47,003 bases of DNA, taken from assembly GCA_032128115.1 (NCBI GenBank), contig JAQBHB010000012.1, positions 1-47,003 of the forward strand, in the 5' to 3' direction. The translations under genes were made by a program, and so were the position numbers. Origin of the DNA: Deltaproteobacteria bacterium (GTDB lineage Bacteria; Myxococcota_A; UBA9160; SMWR01). Positions 17,044-26,770 of the stretch are shown in pieces; position 1 is the first letter of the stretch, and every line of letters starts with the position of its first letter. A model generated the notes under the pieces. The model had not been told where the DNA came from, did no database searches, and saw only the letters and a program-made list of their open reading frames with translations.

Positions 17044-18505
17044 CGGAATCTTCCTCCGAGGTGCCCGACGACACCGTCAGCCGGGGTTCCAGTGCTCCCA
17101 CCAGAGTGCGTCCCTCCACGTCTCCCAGATCCACGCCCAGAAGCTGCGCCACCGTTGGCGCCACGTCAGCCAGTTGCATGTGGGGTATGCGAACGCCCAC
17201 GCGTATCCCGCGCCCCCACGCGACGAAGCCAGCGTCCATCTCGGCCCGATTCGGAAGGTAGCCCCAGGCTCCTCGGGTCGCCGCCGGCCGCAGCACGGGC
17301 CGACTCGCCGAATTGCCAAACGCGAAGCCGGGCTCGGCCTCCAGCCCGAACCAGGCCTCGGGATCGGCGCCCATCTCCAGCATCTCGCGGGCGGAGATCA
17401 CGCGGAAGGCGCGCGAGGTCTCGGCCTCCGCAACCAGGGCGCGTCGCGCGCGGACGGCGTCGCTCTCGTTCTCCGCGTAGACGAAGGCGGATCCGCCGTT
17501 GGAGCGAACAATTGCCGACCAGGATGCGACGCCAGATTGTGTCGACCCGAGCGTTCCTCCGAGACTCGAACCCGCCATCCGGATCAGGCCCTGCTCGCGC
17601 AGGATCGCGTTGGGAAACACGTTCGTGTGCACGTCCAGGACCCCGTGGTCCCCCACCACCAGGATCGCCGCCGACTCGAGTCGCTGGGCCTCGCGAAGGC
17701 ACGACACCAGGCGCGCCACCAGGGCATCTGCACCCGCAAAGGCGGCGGCCACCCGCGGAGAGTCCGGGCCGAACCCGCTCAGCGCGTCGCGCGTCTGGGA
17801 CAGGTGCAGCAGCAACAGGTCCGGCGGTTCGGAAGACCCGAGCCCGTCGCAGGCGAGCGCGACCAGCACCGCATCGCGCTCGGGCCCGGGGCGATCTGCC
17901 TCGGGAGCGCTCCCGCCCGCTCGCGCAGCACCCTCCAGAAGATCGGGCGTGGCCGCGTCGGCGAGCACGCCCAGCCAGGTCTCGCCCCGGCGGCTTGGCG
18001 AAAGATCCGGGATCAGCTGGGGAATCGAGGCCCCCACGGTGGAGGGCCAACCCAGGGCCAGCACCCGACGGCCGTCCTGGGCCGCCACCTGCCACAGGGT
18101 GGGAGACCGCAGGTGACTCACGTGCCAGTAGGGCGTAACGCGCACGCCCTTGGCGCCGAGCAGACGGTCCGAGACGATCCCGTGGGCTGCGGGCAACTGA
18201 CCGCTGAGCAGGGTGGCATGAGCCGGATAGGCGGCAGCCGGAGCCACGGACCGGACCGCCCCGGCAGAGACCCCCCGTCGCGCCAGGGCGGCCAGAACCG
18301 GCATGTCCACGCTGCCCGGCGCGCCCGTATAGCGTCGCGACGTGAGACCACTCAGGGACACCAGGATCACCGGGGCCGGGAGCGACCCGTCCCGGGCGAG
18401 CACGGGAAGCACCATCGGCTCGACTTCGGGCAGCGGGCGCCCCGTCCCGGCACACGCCAGGGCCAGCAGGCCCAGCGCCAGCATTCCCCCGCGGCCGACC
18501 CTCAT
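17036..18505 (-). CDS. Nucleotide pyrophosphatase/phosphodiesterase-family lipoprotein (degenerate active site)
   Basis: Lipobox LALAC. NPP-like layout (VILVSLSGL, YPAHATLLSG, VGDHG, LADVAPTVAQLLG), but most catalytic residues are substituted. Confidence 0.75.
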   Translation of the reverse strand: MRVGRGGMLALGLLALACAGTGRPLPEVEPMVLPVLARDGSLPAPVILVSLSGLTSRRYTGAPGSVDMPVLAALARRGVSAGAVRSVAPAAAYPAHATLLSGQLPAAHGIVSDRLLGAKGVRVTPYWHVSHLRSPTLWQVAAQDGRRVLALGWPSTVGASIPQLIPDLSPSRRGETWLGVLADAATPDLLEGAARAGGSAPEADRPGPERDAVLVALACDGLGSSEPPDLLLLHLSQTRDALSGFGPDSPRVAAAFAGADALVARLVSCLREAQRLESAAILVVGDHGVLDVHTNVFPNAILREQGLIRMAGSSLGGTLGSTQSGVASWSAIVRSNGGSAFVYAENESDAVRARRALVAEAETSRAFRVISAREMLEMGADPEAWFGLEAEPGFAFGNSASRPVLRPAATRGAWGYLPNRAEMDAGFVAWGRGIRVGVRIPHMQLADVAPTVAQLLGVDLGDVEGRTLVGALEPRLTVSSGTSEEDSGE

Positions 18506-18621
18506 GCCACCTCGTGCCGGAAGGCCGGCTCCTCCTCGAGCCGCCTCATGGCGCCCAGCTGGTGTGCGCCCAGGGCGCGCCGCCCCCCGGATGAACACGC
18601 GCCTGCGACGTCGCCCGGCCA

Positions 18622-19524
18622 TCAGCTGAAGATCCCCTGGCGCTCGCGCAGTCCCCGATCCAGGAGCTCGTCGATCGCCGCCTTCACCCGTGCGACGCGG
18701 GCCTCGATCCCGGCATCGTCATCATCCCCGTCTCCCGAGAATCGCAGGGGCTTCCCGAAGTAGATCCGGTACCGCACTGGCAACGGCAGGATGCCCGCTG
18801 GTCCCAGCCAGGGAAAGCCCAGGGTGATGGGAAACGCGGGCATGCCCAGCAGCTTCGCAAGGCCCTTCAGGTTGGCAAGTCCCGGCTGCTGCTCCTCGGA
18901 GCCGACGATGCCCACCGGCACCACCGGCACCCCCGTCTCCAGGGCCAGGCGCATGAATCCCAGCCCGAATCGCTGCAGCTGGTAGCGCTGGATGAACGGC
19001 TTGCTGATGCCCCGCACACCCTCGGGAAACACCATCACGCACTCGCCGTTGCGCAGCATGTGCACGCAGTTCTCCGGCGTTCCCACCATGGCTCCGCCCC
19101 GGGCCAGAGCCACACTCACCCAAGGCAACCGCGGGATCCAATACTCGCCCATGGGGCGCGCGATACGCGGCGGGTCGGCCTCGAGCAGGAGCGCGGTGGA
19201 GAGCATGGCACCGTCGAAGGGAAGCTGGCCCGCGTGGTTTGCCACCAACAGCATCGCCCCGCTGGGCAGTCGATCGATGTCGAAGGTCTTTACCCGGAAG
19301 TACCAGCGGTAGAGAGCCACCACTGGCAGGGCCATGCGCCCCATCCACTCCGGATTGAGCCCGTAGGGGTCGTAGCCGAATTCGTTCAGATGATTCGGCA
19401 GCTTGCGCAACCGCTCGCGGATCTCGCGCTGCAGCTTGCGAGCCGAAAGCGGAAGCAGGGCCCCCACCAGATCGGCGAGAGCCCCCTTCGCGCCCGACCG
19501 CGGTCCTGCCGCCATCCCCATCAC
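18622..19524 (-). CDS. Lysophospholipid acyltransferase (PlsC superfamily)
   Basis: VANHAGQLPFDG (HxxxxxD), VFPEGVRG, GFMRLAL, PVGIVGSEEQ. Confidence 0.9.
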   Translation of the reverse strand: MMGMAAGPRSGAKGALADLVGALLPLSARKLQREIRERLRKLPNHLNEFGYDPYGLNPEWMGRMALPVVALYRWYFRVKTFDIDRLPSGAMLLVANHAGQLPFDGAMLSTALLLEADPPRIARPMGEYWIPRLPWVSVALARGGAMVGTPENCVHMLRNGECVMVFPEGVRGISKPFIQRYQLQRFGLGFMRLALETGVPVVPVGIVGSEEQQPGLANLKGLAKLLGMPAFPITLGFPWLGPAGILPLPVRYRIYFGKPLRFSGDGDDDDAGIEARVARVKAAIDELLDRGLRERQGIFS

Positions 19525-19525
19525 C

Positions 19526-20443
19526 CTAGCGCCGGAGACTCTGGAAGGTTTCTTCCAGGCCGAACAACGGCCGGAAGTTGGTCGCCTCCACGAAGCGCTC
19601 GCCGTTCACCGTGATGGGAAACTTCAGATAGTCCAGGGCGCCCGGCGGATACGGAATGATTCCCCAGCGGAACAGGCGGGCGAATAGCGGCCGGATGATG
19701 GACTCGGGAATCGGGAACGCGGTGCCCCCGGTCTCCCGAATGGCCGCGTGCAGGGGCACCTCTCCCGGGCCCGTCACGTTGAAGACGCCCTGGAGACCTT
19801 GCTCGAGCGCCAGGGCGATGGCCTCGGAAAGATCCTCTTCGTGGATGAACTGCATCATGGGATCGAAGCCCATCACCGTGGGCACCCGGGGCTCCCGCAG
19901 GTACTGACCGATCATGGAGTGGACGTAGTAGCCGAGCACGTTGACCGGGCGAAGCACGCAGGTGCGCAGATGCGGGTATCGCCACAGGAAGGCCGACGCC
20001 AGGGTATCCACCTCCACCATGTCGCGAATTTCCGGGTAGCTGCGGCTGGCCGAGAGGGGAGAGTCCTCGTCCATGTAGTAGGGATTCTCGGGTTCCGCGC
20101 CGTAGACGTACGTGCTCGAGAGCACCACCAGGGACTGCACGCCGTGGTTCACGCAGTGGTCGAGAAGCTGCTTGGTGCCGCGCACGTTGACGTCGTGGCG
20201 AATCCGCTGGCCGGACCGGAAGTGCCGGACGAAGCCCATGTGGACCACCGCCGTGGGCAGCTCGGTACGGATCACGTCCTCGAACTTCTTCTTGCGAACG
20301 TCCACCACGTGGACCGCGACCTCGGGCGGGTGGCCCTCCCAGGGCACCCGATCCACACCGCAAACCTCGTAGTTTTCGAGCAGGCGCCGGGTCAGGAGCC
20401 GGCCCTGACCACCCGAGATGCCCGTTATCAGAACTTTTTCCAT
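19526..20443 (-). CDS. NAD-dependent epimerase/dehydratase-family (extended SDR) protein
   Basis: LITGISGGQG, NVRGT, SSTYVYGA, GFDPMMQFIHEED. Confidence 0.88.
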   Translation of the reverse strand: MEKVLITGISGGQGRLLTRRLLENYEVCGVDRVPWEGHPPEVAVHVVDVRKKKFEDVIRTELPTAVVHMGFVRHFRSGQRIRHDVNVRGTKQLLDHCVNHGVQSLVVLSSTYVYGAEPENPYYMDEDSPLSASRSYPEIRDMVEVDTLASAFLWRYPHLRTCVLRPVNVLGYYVHSMIGQYLREPRVPTVMGFDPMMQFIHEEDLSEAIALALEQGLQGVFNVTGPGEVPLHAAIRETGGTAFPIPESIIRPLFARLFRWGIIPYPPGALDYLKFPITVNGERFVEATNFRPLFGLEETFQSLRR

Positions 20444-20537
20444 TGAAACTCCGAGGGGTTACGCTAAAGCCCCCGAGCCGGTGCGGTACGGACTCGGCGG
20501 GCGTCGTGGTGTAAAGTAGCCGCCCCAGAGGGGTCTC

Positions 20538-21254
20538 GTGGTTGAACCTTCAGCGCGCTTCGAAGATGTCAAGATTCCGCTTCCCGACCCGGTGCACGGC
20601 CTCTCGGAGGTCTCCGGAGCGCTGGGCGTGCCGCGCTGGTGGCCCACCGGCTCCCGCGTCAGCATCGCCCTGGCCCATGGCGCCGGAACCGACTTCGCGA
20701 ACCCGCTGGTGGAGTATCTCCACCGGGAGCTGACCGAGCGCCGGTACCTGACCCTTCGGTTCAACTTCCCGTTTGCCGAAGCCAAGAAGCGCCGGCCCGA
20801 CTCCATGCAGGTCCTGCGGCGCACCTTCCGAGCGGCCATCGGCGCGCTCGCCCGCGATCCCACCGCGGCGCCAGCCCACCTGTTCCTGGGCGGGATCGGC
20901 CTGGGAGCCCAGGTGGCCGCCGAGGTCGCGGGCGCCCGCGTGCGGGTGGACGGGCTCTTCCTGATGGGCTTTCCGTTGCACCCCCAGGACAAGCCGGAAG
21001 AGGTGCAGGCGGACGAGCTGTTTCGCGTGGTCTCGCCGGTGCTGTTCTCCCAGGGCAGCCGGGACCGCCGCTGCAACCTGGACGCGCTGCGGCGAACACT
21101 TTCGCGGGTGGGGGCTCCCACCACACTGCACGTGAGCCAGGACGCGGACCACAAGTTCAATGTGCTCAAGAAATCCGGGCGCACGCCGGCAGACGTGCAC
21201 TCGGAGCTGATGGAGTTGATCGACGGCTGGATCGAGAAGGTGCTGGGACTGTGA
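20538..21254 (+). CDS. Alpha/beta hydrolase (KANL3/Tex30-like), nucleophile apparently absent
   Basis: LAHGAG, RFNFP, GFPLHP, QGSRD, ADH. The nucleophile elbow reads GGIGLGA. Confidence 0.8.
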   Translation: MVEPSARFEDVKIPLPDPVHGLSEVSGALGVPRWWPTGSRVSIALAHGAGTDFANPLVEYLHRELTERRYLTLRFNFPFAEAKKRRPDSMQVLRRTFRAAIGALARDPTAAPAHLFLGGIGLGAQVAAEVAGARVRVDGLFLMGFPLHPQDKPEEVQADELFRVVSPVLFSQGSRDRRCNLDALRRTLSRVGAPTTLHVSQDADHKFNVLKKSGRTPADVHSELMELIDGWIEKVLGL

Positions 21255-21952
21255 GCGACACCAGCGACCTGTATTTCCAGCAGCTCCCGGTGGGCCAGAT
21301 GGCGAACCTGGCCTACCTGATCGGCAGTCTCGAAAGCCGCGAAGCCTATCTGGTGGATCCGGCCTGGAGCGTGGACGCCCTGCTCGATCGGGCCGAGGCC
21401 GACGGCATGAAGGTGGTGGGCGCCCTGGCCACCCACTACCACCAGGACCACGTGGGCGGCCACATCATGGGATTCGACATCGAAGGCGTGGCACGCCTGC
21501 TGGAGCGCCACCCGGTGCCCGTTCACGTGAACGAGAACGAAGCCGACGGAACCCGAAAGGTCACCGGCGCCTCCGAATCGGATCTGGTGCGCCAATCCGG
21601 TGGCGATGTCCTGACCACAGGAGACATTCGCATAAGGCTGCTGCACACCCCCGGCCACACGCCCGGATCCCAGTGCTTCCTGGTGGAGGAGAAGGGGCAC
21701 CCCGCCCGTCTGATCTCCGGCGACACCCTGTTTCTGGGAAGCTGTGGTCGGGTCGATCTCCCCGGCGCCGACCCGGAGGCCATGTACCGCAGCCTGAACG
21801 AGACCCTGCGCGCGCTTCCGGATGAGACCCTCGTGTACCCGGGTCACCTCTACTCGCCGGAGGCCTTCGGCAGCCTGGGCGAGCAGAAGATCAGCAACCC
21901 GTTCCTGCGGGTCGCGAGCCTCGAGCGATTCCTGGCGCTGATGGGGGCGTGA
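21251..21952 (+). CDS. MBL-fold metallo-hydrolase (glyoxalase II-like)
   Basis: THYHQDH, HTPGHTPGS, SGDTLF..CGRVD, YPGH. GTGA overlap with the upstream gene. Confidence 0.9.
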   Translation: MSDTSDLYFQQLPVGQMANLAYLIGSLESREAYLVDPAWSVDALLDRAEADGMKVVGALATHYHQDHVGGHIMGFDIEGVARLLERHPVPVHVNENEADGTRKVTGASESDLVRQSGGDVLTTGDIRIRLLHTPGHTPGSQCFLVEEKGHPARLISGDTLFLGSCGRVDLPGADPEAMYRSLNETLRALPDETLVYPGHLYSPEAFGSLGEQKISNPFLRVASLERFLALMGA

Positions 21953-21961
21953 GCGCCCCGG

Positions 21962-22474
21962 TCAGCTGGGGTTGCCCACGACGATCTCACCGTCGAGTCG
22001 CTTGGCGGCGGCCCCTGCCGACGCTCCTGGATCCGGACGCACCACCTTGTAGCGATAGCGCCCCGGCTTGAGCTGGCAGAAGCTCGCGAACTCGCCCAGG
22101 TGGATCGGGGCCGAGCGCAGCTCGTCATCCTTCAGCGAGAAATTGACCAGGCTGTGGCAGACCATGGAGCGCGCGACTTCGCGCTCGAACACCACCACCG
22201 ACGGCTGACCCGAATAGCTGATCCAGGCCACGATCTCGCCCTCTTCCAGCGTCACGCGACGCGGGTTGAGGGCGTGATCGGTGATCACCACCGCCTCGCG
22301 CTCGGTGGTGCGAATGTGATCGGCGTTCAGGTTCGGGATCAAGCCCGGGGTCTCGTACGGGATCTCGGTGGGCCGATCGTCGGCCGCCGAGCCCGGCGCC
22401 GGCAGTCCGGCCAGCATCGGGAGTGCCGCAGCGACGACGAGAACGGAGCGGCGAAGAGACGTGAGAAAACGCAT
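21962..22474 (-). CDS. Secreted cupredoxin-like fold protein
   Basis: Signal peptide, then NPRRVTLEEGEIVAW ... KPGRYRY ... GEIVV pattern. No C-x-H-x-M copper loop. Confidence 0.6.
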   Translation of the reverse strand: MRFLTSLRRSVLVVAAALPMLAGLPAPGSAADDRPTEIPYETPGLIPNLNADHIRTTEREAVVITDHALNPRRVTLEEGEIVAWISYSGQPSVVVFEREVARSMVCHSLVNFSLKDDELRSAPIHLGEFASFCQLKPGRYRYKVVRPDPGASAGAAAKRLDGEIVVGNPS

Positions 22475-22674
22475 GGGGTCTCGAACCTCCTTGGGATACC
22501 GCTCCTTGGAAATACCGGAAGTCGGCGGCGCGCCTGGAGTGTTTATATCAGACCCGACGCGGCCTTACGCTCGCATTCCGCATCCGGGCAGCGGAGCCGC
22601 CGCCAAGCCCGCTTCGAAGTCGCGACCGAACGCCTAAGCCCCTGAATCAGAGTCACTTTTCAAATCGCGTCCGC

Positions 22675-22703
22675 TTGAAATTGACATTCGCGTCAGGTAG
22701 GGT
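22675..22703 (+). promoter_or_regulatory. Putative etfBA promoter with operator palindrome
   Basis: TTGAAA-N17-TAGGGT, with TGAC-ATTCGC-GTCA in the spacer (22682-22695). The TTTCAA...TTGAAA inverted repeat overlaps the -35. Confidence 0.55.
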
Positions 22704-22769
22704 CCACGCGCCTCATCGGCCCCCCGGAGCGTCCCGCTTCGGGGCCTTTCCCTTCCGGAGCCCACCCCC

Positions 22770-23552
22770 ATGAAGATCATCGTCTGCATCAAACAGGTGC
22801 CGCACCAGGACGCACGCCTGGAGATCGCAGGCGACGGCACCTGGATCCAGGAAGAGAACATCAAGTTCGAGATCAACAGCTACGACACCTACGCACTGGA
22901 GGAGGCACTCCGCACCAAGGACGCGGGCGAGGCCGAGGTGATCGCGGTGTCGATCGGCCCCGATCGCGTGACCCAGGCGCTGCGCACGGCGTTGGGCATG
23001 GGCGCCGACCGAGCGATCCATGTCAAGGACCCGGAGGCCGACGGCTCGGACACGCTGGGTCTGGCGAAGATCCTGGCATCGATCGTCAAGGCGGAGAGCC
23101 CGGACCTGATCTTCATGGGCCTGATGTCCGACGACGGCAACTTCGCCGCGGTGCCACCCATGCTCGCGGAGCTGGTGGGCATGTCGCACACCACTGCCGC
23201 CGTGAAGGTGGAGCGCAGCAACGGAACGCTGCGGGTCGACCGCGAGATCGAGGGCGGTGCCCACGAGGTTGTGGAGCTCAAGGTTCCGAGCGTGGTGGCC
23301 GTGCAGACCGGCATCAACCAGGTTCGTTACGCCTCGCTCAAGGGCATCATGGGGGCCAAGAAGAAGCCCTTCGAGGTGAAGACGCTGGCCGACCTGGGCC
23401 TGGTGGGACAGGTGGGCGCCGGCGCCGCCAAGCTGAAGGTCGAGCGGATCAGCGCGCCCGTGAAGGGCAAGGGAGCCCAGATCCTGAGCGGATCGACCGA
23501 CGAAATCGTCAAGGGCCTGGTTGGCAAGATCAAGGAGCTCGGCCTCCTCTAG
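22770..23552 (+). CDS. etfB: Electron transfer flavoprotein beta subunit
   Basis: MKIIVCIKQVP, YALEEAL, ALGMGADRAIH, RYASLKGIMGAKKK. Confidence 0.96.
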   Translation: MKIIVCIKQVPHQDARLEIAGDGTWIQEENIKFEINSYDTYALEEALRTKDAGEAEVIAVSIGPDRVTQALRTALGMGADRAIHVKDPEADGSDTLGLAKILASIVKAESPDLIFMGLMSDDGNFAAVPPMLAELVGMSHTTAAVKVERSNGTLRVDREIEGGAHEVVELKVPSVVAVQTGINQVRYASLKGIMGAKKKPFEVKTLADLGLVGQVGAGAAKLKVERISAPVKGKGAQILSGSTDEIVKGLVGKIKELGLL

Positions 23553-23582
23553 GAGCGCCGAAGCCACACGGGAGATTCACCG

Positions 23583-24560
23583 ATGGGAAACATCCTCATC
23601 GTCGCCGAGATCCAGAACGGAAACATCCGGGAGGCCAGCTTCGAGCTGGCCTCGTTCGCCCACAAGCTGGCAAGCGCCGGCGGGCACCAGGTGGCGAGCC
23701 TGGTGGCCGGCCTGGGCGTGGCCGCCCTGGCCGAGGAGTTCTCCAAGAAGGGCGGCGGCAACGTCTATGCCGCCGACCACGAGCTGTTGCAGAACTACAG
23801 CGCTGACGCTCTGGGGGCGGCGGTGAAGGCGGCCATCGAGGCCTCCGGGGCCGACGTGGTGCTGTTCTCCAACACCCCCACCGGCTGGGACGTGGCGCCC
23901 CGGATCGCCGCGGCGCTGGACGCGGGGTTCGTGAGCGATTGCTTCTCGCTGGACGTGGAGGACGGCAAGATCGTCTACCAGCGGCGGGTCTTCAACGGGA
24001 AGCTCAACGCCCGCGTGAGCATCTCGAGCGACAAGGCCGTCGCCACGGTACAGCCCGGGGCGACCGCCGCCTTCGAGGGAACTACGGACGGCAGCGTGAC
24101 GGCCCTTCCCGTCTCCCTCTCGGCCGACCAGCTGGGCTCGCGCTACGTGGAAACCAAGATCGCCGAGACCAAGGGAGTCGACCTCACCAGGGCCGACATC
24201 ATCGTGTCGGGAGGCCGGGGCGTGGGCGCCCCGGAAAAATTCCCCGAGGTGATCCAGCCCCTGGTAGACGCCCTGGGTGCCGCCATGGGGGCATCTCGCC
24301 CCGTGGTGGACGCCGGTTGGCTTCCCCACGCGCACCAGGTGGGATCGTCGGGTCAGGTGGTGCAACCGAAGCTCTACATCGCCTGCGGCATCTCCGGGGC
24401 CATCCAACACCTGGTGGGCATGAAGACCTCGAATTTCATCATCGCCATCAACAAGGACGCGGACGCCCCGATCTTCGAGGTCGCCGACCTGGGCGTGGTG
24501 GGTGACTTGTTCGAGGTGGTGCCGGCACTCACCGAAGCGGTTCGGGCCGCGAAGGGCTGA
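23583..24560 (+). CDS. etfA: Electron transfer flavoprotein alpha subunit
   Basis: [41 protein letters not shown]. Confidence 0.96.
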   Translation: MGNILIVAEIQNGNIREASFELASFAHKLASAGGHQVASLVAGLGVAALAEEFSKKGGGNVYAADHELLQNYSADALGAAVKAAIEASGADVVLFSNTPTGWDVAPRIAAALDAGFVSDCFSLDVEDGKIVYQRRVFNGKLNARVSISSDKAVATVQPGATAAFEGTTDGSVTALPVSLSADQLGSRYVETKIAETKGVDLTRADIIVSGGRGVGAPEKFPEVIQPLVDALGAAMGASRPVVDAGWLPHAHQVGSSGQVVQPKLYIACGISGAIQHLVGMKTSNFIIAINKDADAPIFEVADLGVVGDLFEVVPALTEAVRAAKG

Positions 24561-24597
24561 GGCCAAACGATAAGTTCCAAACGCTGTTCGAAGCTGC

Positions 24598-24619
24598 GCC
24601 GGGTCCGGCCTTTTTTTTT
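24598..24619 (+). terminator. Probable intrinsic terminator after etfA
   Basis: Short GCCG-GGTC-CGGC hairpin followed by C and a T9 run. Confidence 0.5.
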
Positions 24620-24782
24620 CAACCTGATACACTCCGTCAGCGTTGACACCTCCCCCAGTTGAGAGTACGCAGGGGCGTTGTCCGCGAACAGCGTCCGTTG
24701 CCTCAGCCGCAGAGTCCGAACTGCTGTAGCTGATCCTCCAGAGTTGGACGTACTGACGTAGAGCGCCCGCGAGGGGGGTCGA

Positions 24783-25643
24783 GTGCTCAGTCCGCGTCGT
24801 ATCGCCTTCATCAATGAGAAGGGCGGTAGCGCAAAGACCACGCTGGTGGTGAACCTGGCGGCCTACCTGGCGCTGCACCGGGGCCGGCGCGTCTTGTGCA
24901 TCGATATGGACCCCCAGGGCCAGCTCGGCAAGGTCCTGGGCCTCGATGTCCACCGCAGCAAGCGTTCGGCCATCGAACTCCTGCTCGACACGGTGCTTGG
25001 CGATCCGGGACTGGATCGGCCGGCCGCCGCGGCTCCCGGCCAGGCCCCGGGGTCCGCCCTGCCGATCACCCGGACCCACATCCCGAACCTGAGCGTCATC
25101 GTCGCCAACAAGTCGCTCGCCCTGTTCCCCGCCTGGGACGGCGGCAGCGGCAGCGACCCCACCCGGCGCCTGATGGACGTGCTGGATGCGTCGACGGAGC
25201 TCGACCGCTTCGACTTCGTCCTGTTCGACGCTCCGCCCTCTTTCGGCGCGCTCACGCTCAACGTGCTGCGCGCAAGCCACGAGATCGTGGTGCCCGTGCC
25301 CCTCACCTTCCTCGCCATGGACGGCTGCGCCGAGTTGATGCGCACCGTCGATACCGTGCGGCGCCGCTACGATCACCCGGACCTGGCCATCACCATGGTG
25401 GTGCCCACCTTCTACCGCCGCACGCGCTTGGCCCACGAGATCCTGGAGCGGCTGAAGAAGCGGTTCCCCAAGGAGATCGCGCACACGGTGGTCGGCTACC
25501 ACGTGAAGATCGACGAGGCCCAGTCCCGGGGACTCTCCATCTTCGAGTACGCACCGCACGATCGAGGCGCGAAGGTGATGGCACAGCTGGCCGAGGAGCT
25601 CGAGCTTCGCGGCCAGCCCCAGGAGCAGGGATCCGTCACATGA
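24783..25643 (+). CDS. Orphan ParA/Soj-family ATPase
   Basis: [10 protein letters not shown] deviant Walker [31 protein letters not shown]. No parB nearby. Confidence 0.92.
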   Translation: MLSPRRIAFINEKGGSAKTTLVVNLAAYLALHRGRRVLCIDMDPQGQLGKVLGLDVHRSKRSAIELLLDTVLGDPGLDRPAAAAPGQAPGSALPITRTHIPNLSVIVANKSLALFPAWDGGSGSDPTRRLMDVLDASTELDRFDFVLFDAPPSFGALTLNVLRASHEIVVPVPLTFLAMDGCAELMRTVDTVRRRYDHPDLAITMVVPTFYRRTRLAHEILERLKKRFPKEIAHTVVGYHVKIDEAQSRGLSIFEYAPHDRGAKVMAQLAEELELRGQPQEQGSVT

Positions 25644-26770
25644 ACCCCCCCGAGTCCACCGCCCCCGGCGAGTCCCGCCTGAAGGCCCTGATCCCGCTGA
25701 CGGAGGCCAGCGCCCTGGGATCGGACCCGTTTGCGGAGGCCGTGGACGTAGATCCCTTCGAGGAGCGCCTGGACGCCCTGGCGCTTGCGCCCTCGCCCAG
25801 CGTGCGTGCAGCGCCGGTCGGGGTCCGCCGGGCAGCCCCTCCGGATCGGCGTCCCCGCGCGGAGCCGGCCCTGGCACGGATCCACCGCCGGCGCTGGACC
25901 ACCACGCCGTCGATGGGAGAGATCGACCTCCCCGAGGCCAACGGCTGGATCGACAAGGTCCTGGGAGAGAACGAGCGCCGCCGCCTGGCCGCACTCACCC
26001 ACCTGGTCGAGGGCGAGTCGCGCTACGACCGCTACGGCTTCTCCCCCGGCGCGATCAAGACCGTGTTCCCCATCTTCTACGCCCTCTACCGGCTCTATTT
26101 CCGGGTGAAGAGCGAGGGCCACGAGAACATCCCCAGCGAGGGCCCGGCGGTATTGGCCGCAAACCACGGCGGTCTGCTGCCCTTCGACGGCGCCATGGGC
26201 GTGGTGGACCTGCTCCTCAACACCGACCCGCCCCGGCTCGCCCGTGCCATCGTCGATCGCTGGGCCGGTAGCCTGCCGTGGGTGAATGTGTTCTACGCCC
26301 GGGTGGGACAGGTGGTCGGGACCCGTGAGAACTTCAGCGACCTCCTGGATGACGGTCAGCTGGTGTTGGTGTTTCCGGAGGGCGTGGACGGCATCCGCAA
26401 GACCTACGCGCAGCGCCACCGTCTCCAGCGATTCCGTATGGGCTTCGTCGAGCAGGCCCTGCGCCGCGGCGCGCCCATCGTCCCGACCGCCGTGCTGGGA
26501 AGCGACGACCAGACCCCCATCCTCTACGACGTGAAGCCCCTGGCGCGCCGGCTGGGACTGCCCGTGGCGCCCATCACGCCCACCTTCCCGTGGCTGGGCC
26601 CGCTTGGCCTGCTTCCGTATCCGGTGTCGTACCGGATCGTGTACGGCGAGCCGCTGCGCTTCCACGAGCGCTTCGGTCCCGAGGGCGCCGACGATGCGCG
26701 CCTGGTGCGCTACCTGGCCAACCAGGTCCGGCGCGAGATCCAGCAGCTGATCGATCGGAGCAGCTCGTGA
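25640..26770 (+). CDS. Lysophospholipid acyltransferase with long N-terminal extension
   Basis: ATGA overlap with parA. AANHGGLLPFDG, VFPEGVDG, GFVEQAL. Paralog of 18622-19524. Confidence 0.9.
   Translation: MNPPESTAPGESRLKALIPLTEASALGSDPFAEAVDVDPFEERLDALALAPSPSVRAAPVGVRRAAPPDRRPRAEPALARIHRRRWTTTPSMGEIDLPEANGWIDKVLGENERRRLAALTHLVEGESRYDRYGFSPGAIKTVFPIFYALYRLYFRVKSEGHENIPSEGPAVLAANHGGLLPFDGAMGVVDLLLNTDPPRLARAIVDRWAGSLPWVNVFYARVGQVVGTRENFSDLLDDGQLVLVFPEGVDGIRKTYAQRHRLQRFRMGFVEQALRRGAPIVPTAVLGSDDQTPILYDVKPLARRLGLPVAPITPTFPWLGPLGLLPYPVSYRIVYGEPLRFHERFGPEGADDARLVRYLANQVRREIQQLIDRSSS

Noticed and set aside
18502..18624. TGA readthrough or selenocysteine extension of the acyltransferase: the frame stays open 39 more codons to an ATGA overlap with the next gene
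   Set aside because: The protein already ends where its paralog's domain ends, no SECIS-like element or redox motif is evident, and an open frame of this length is expected at this GC content.
24783..25643. Chromosome or plasmid partition locus
   Set aside because: No parB, parS-like palindrome, rep gene or origin-linked genes nearby.
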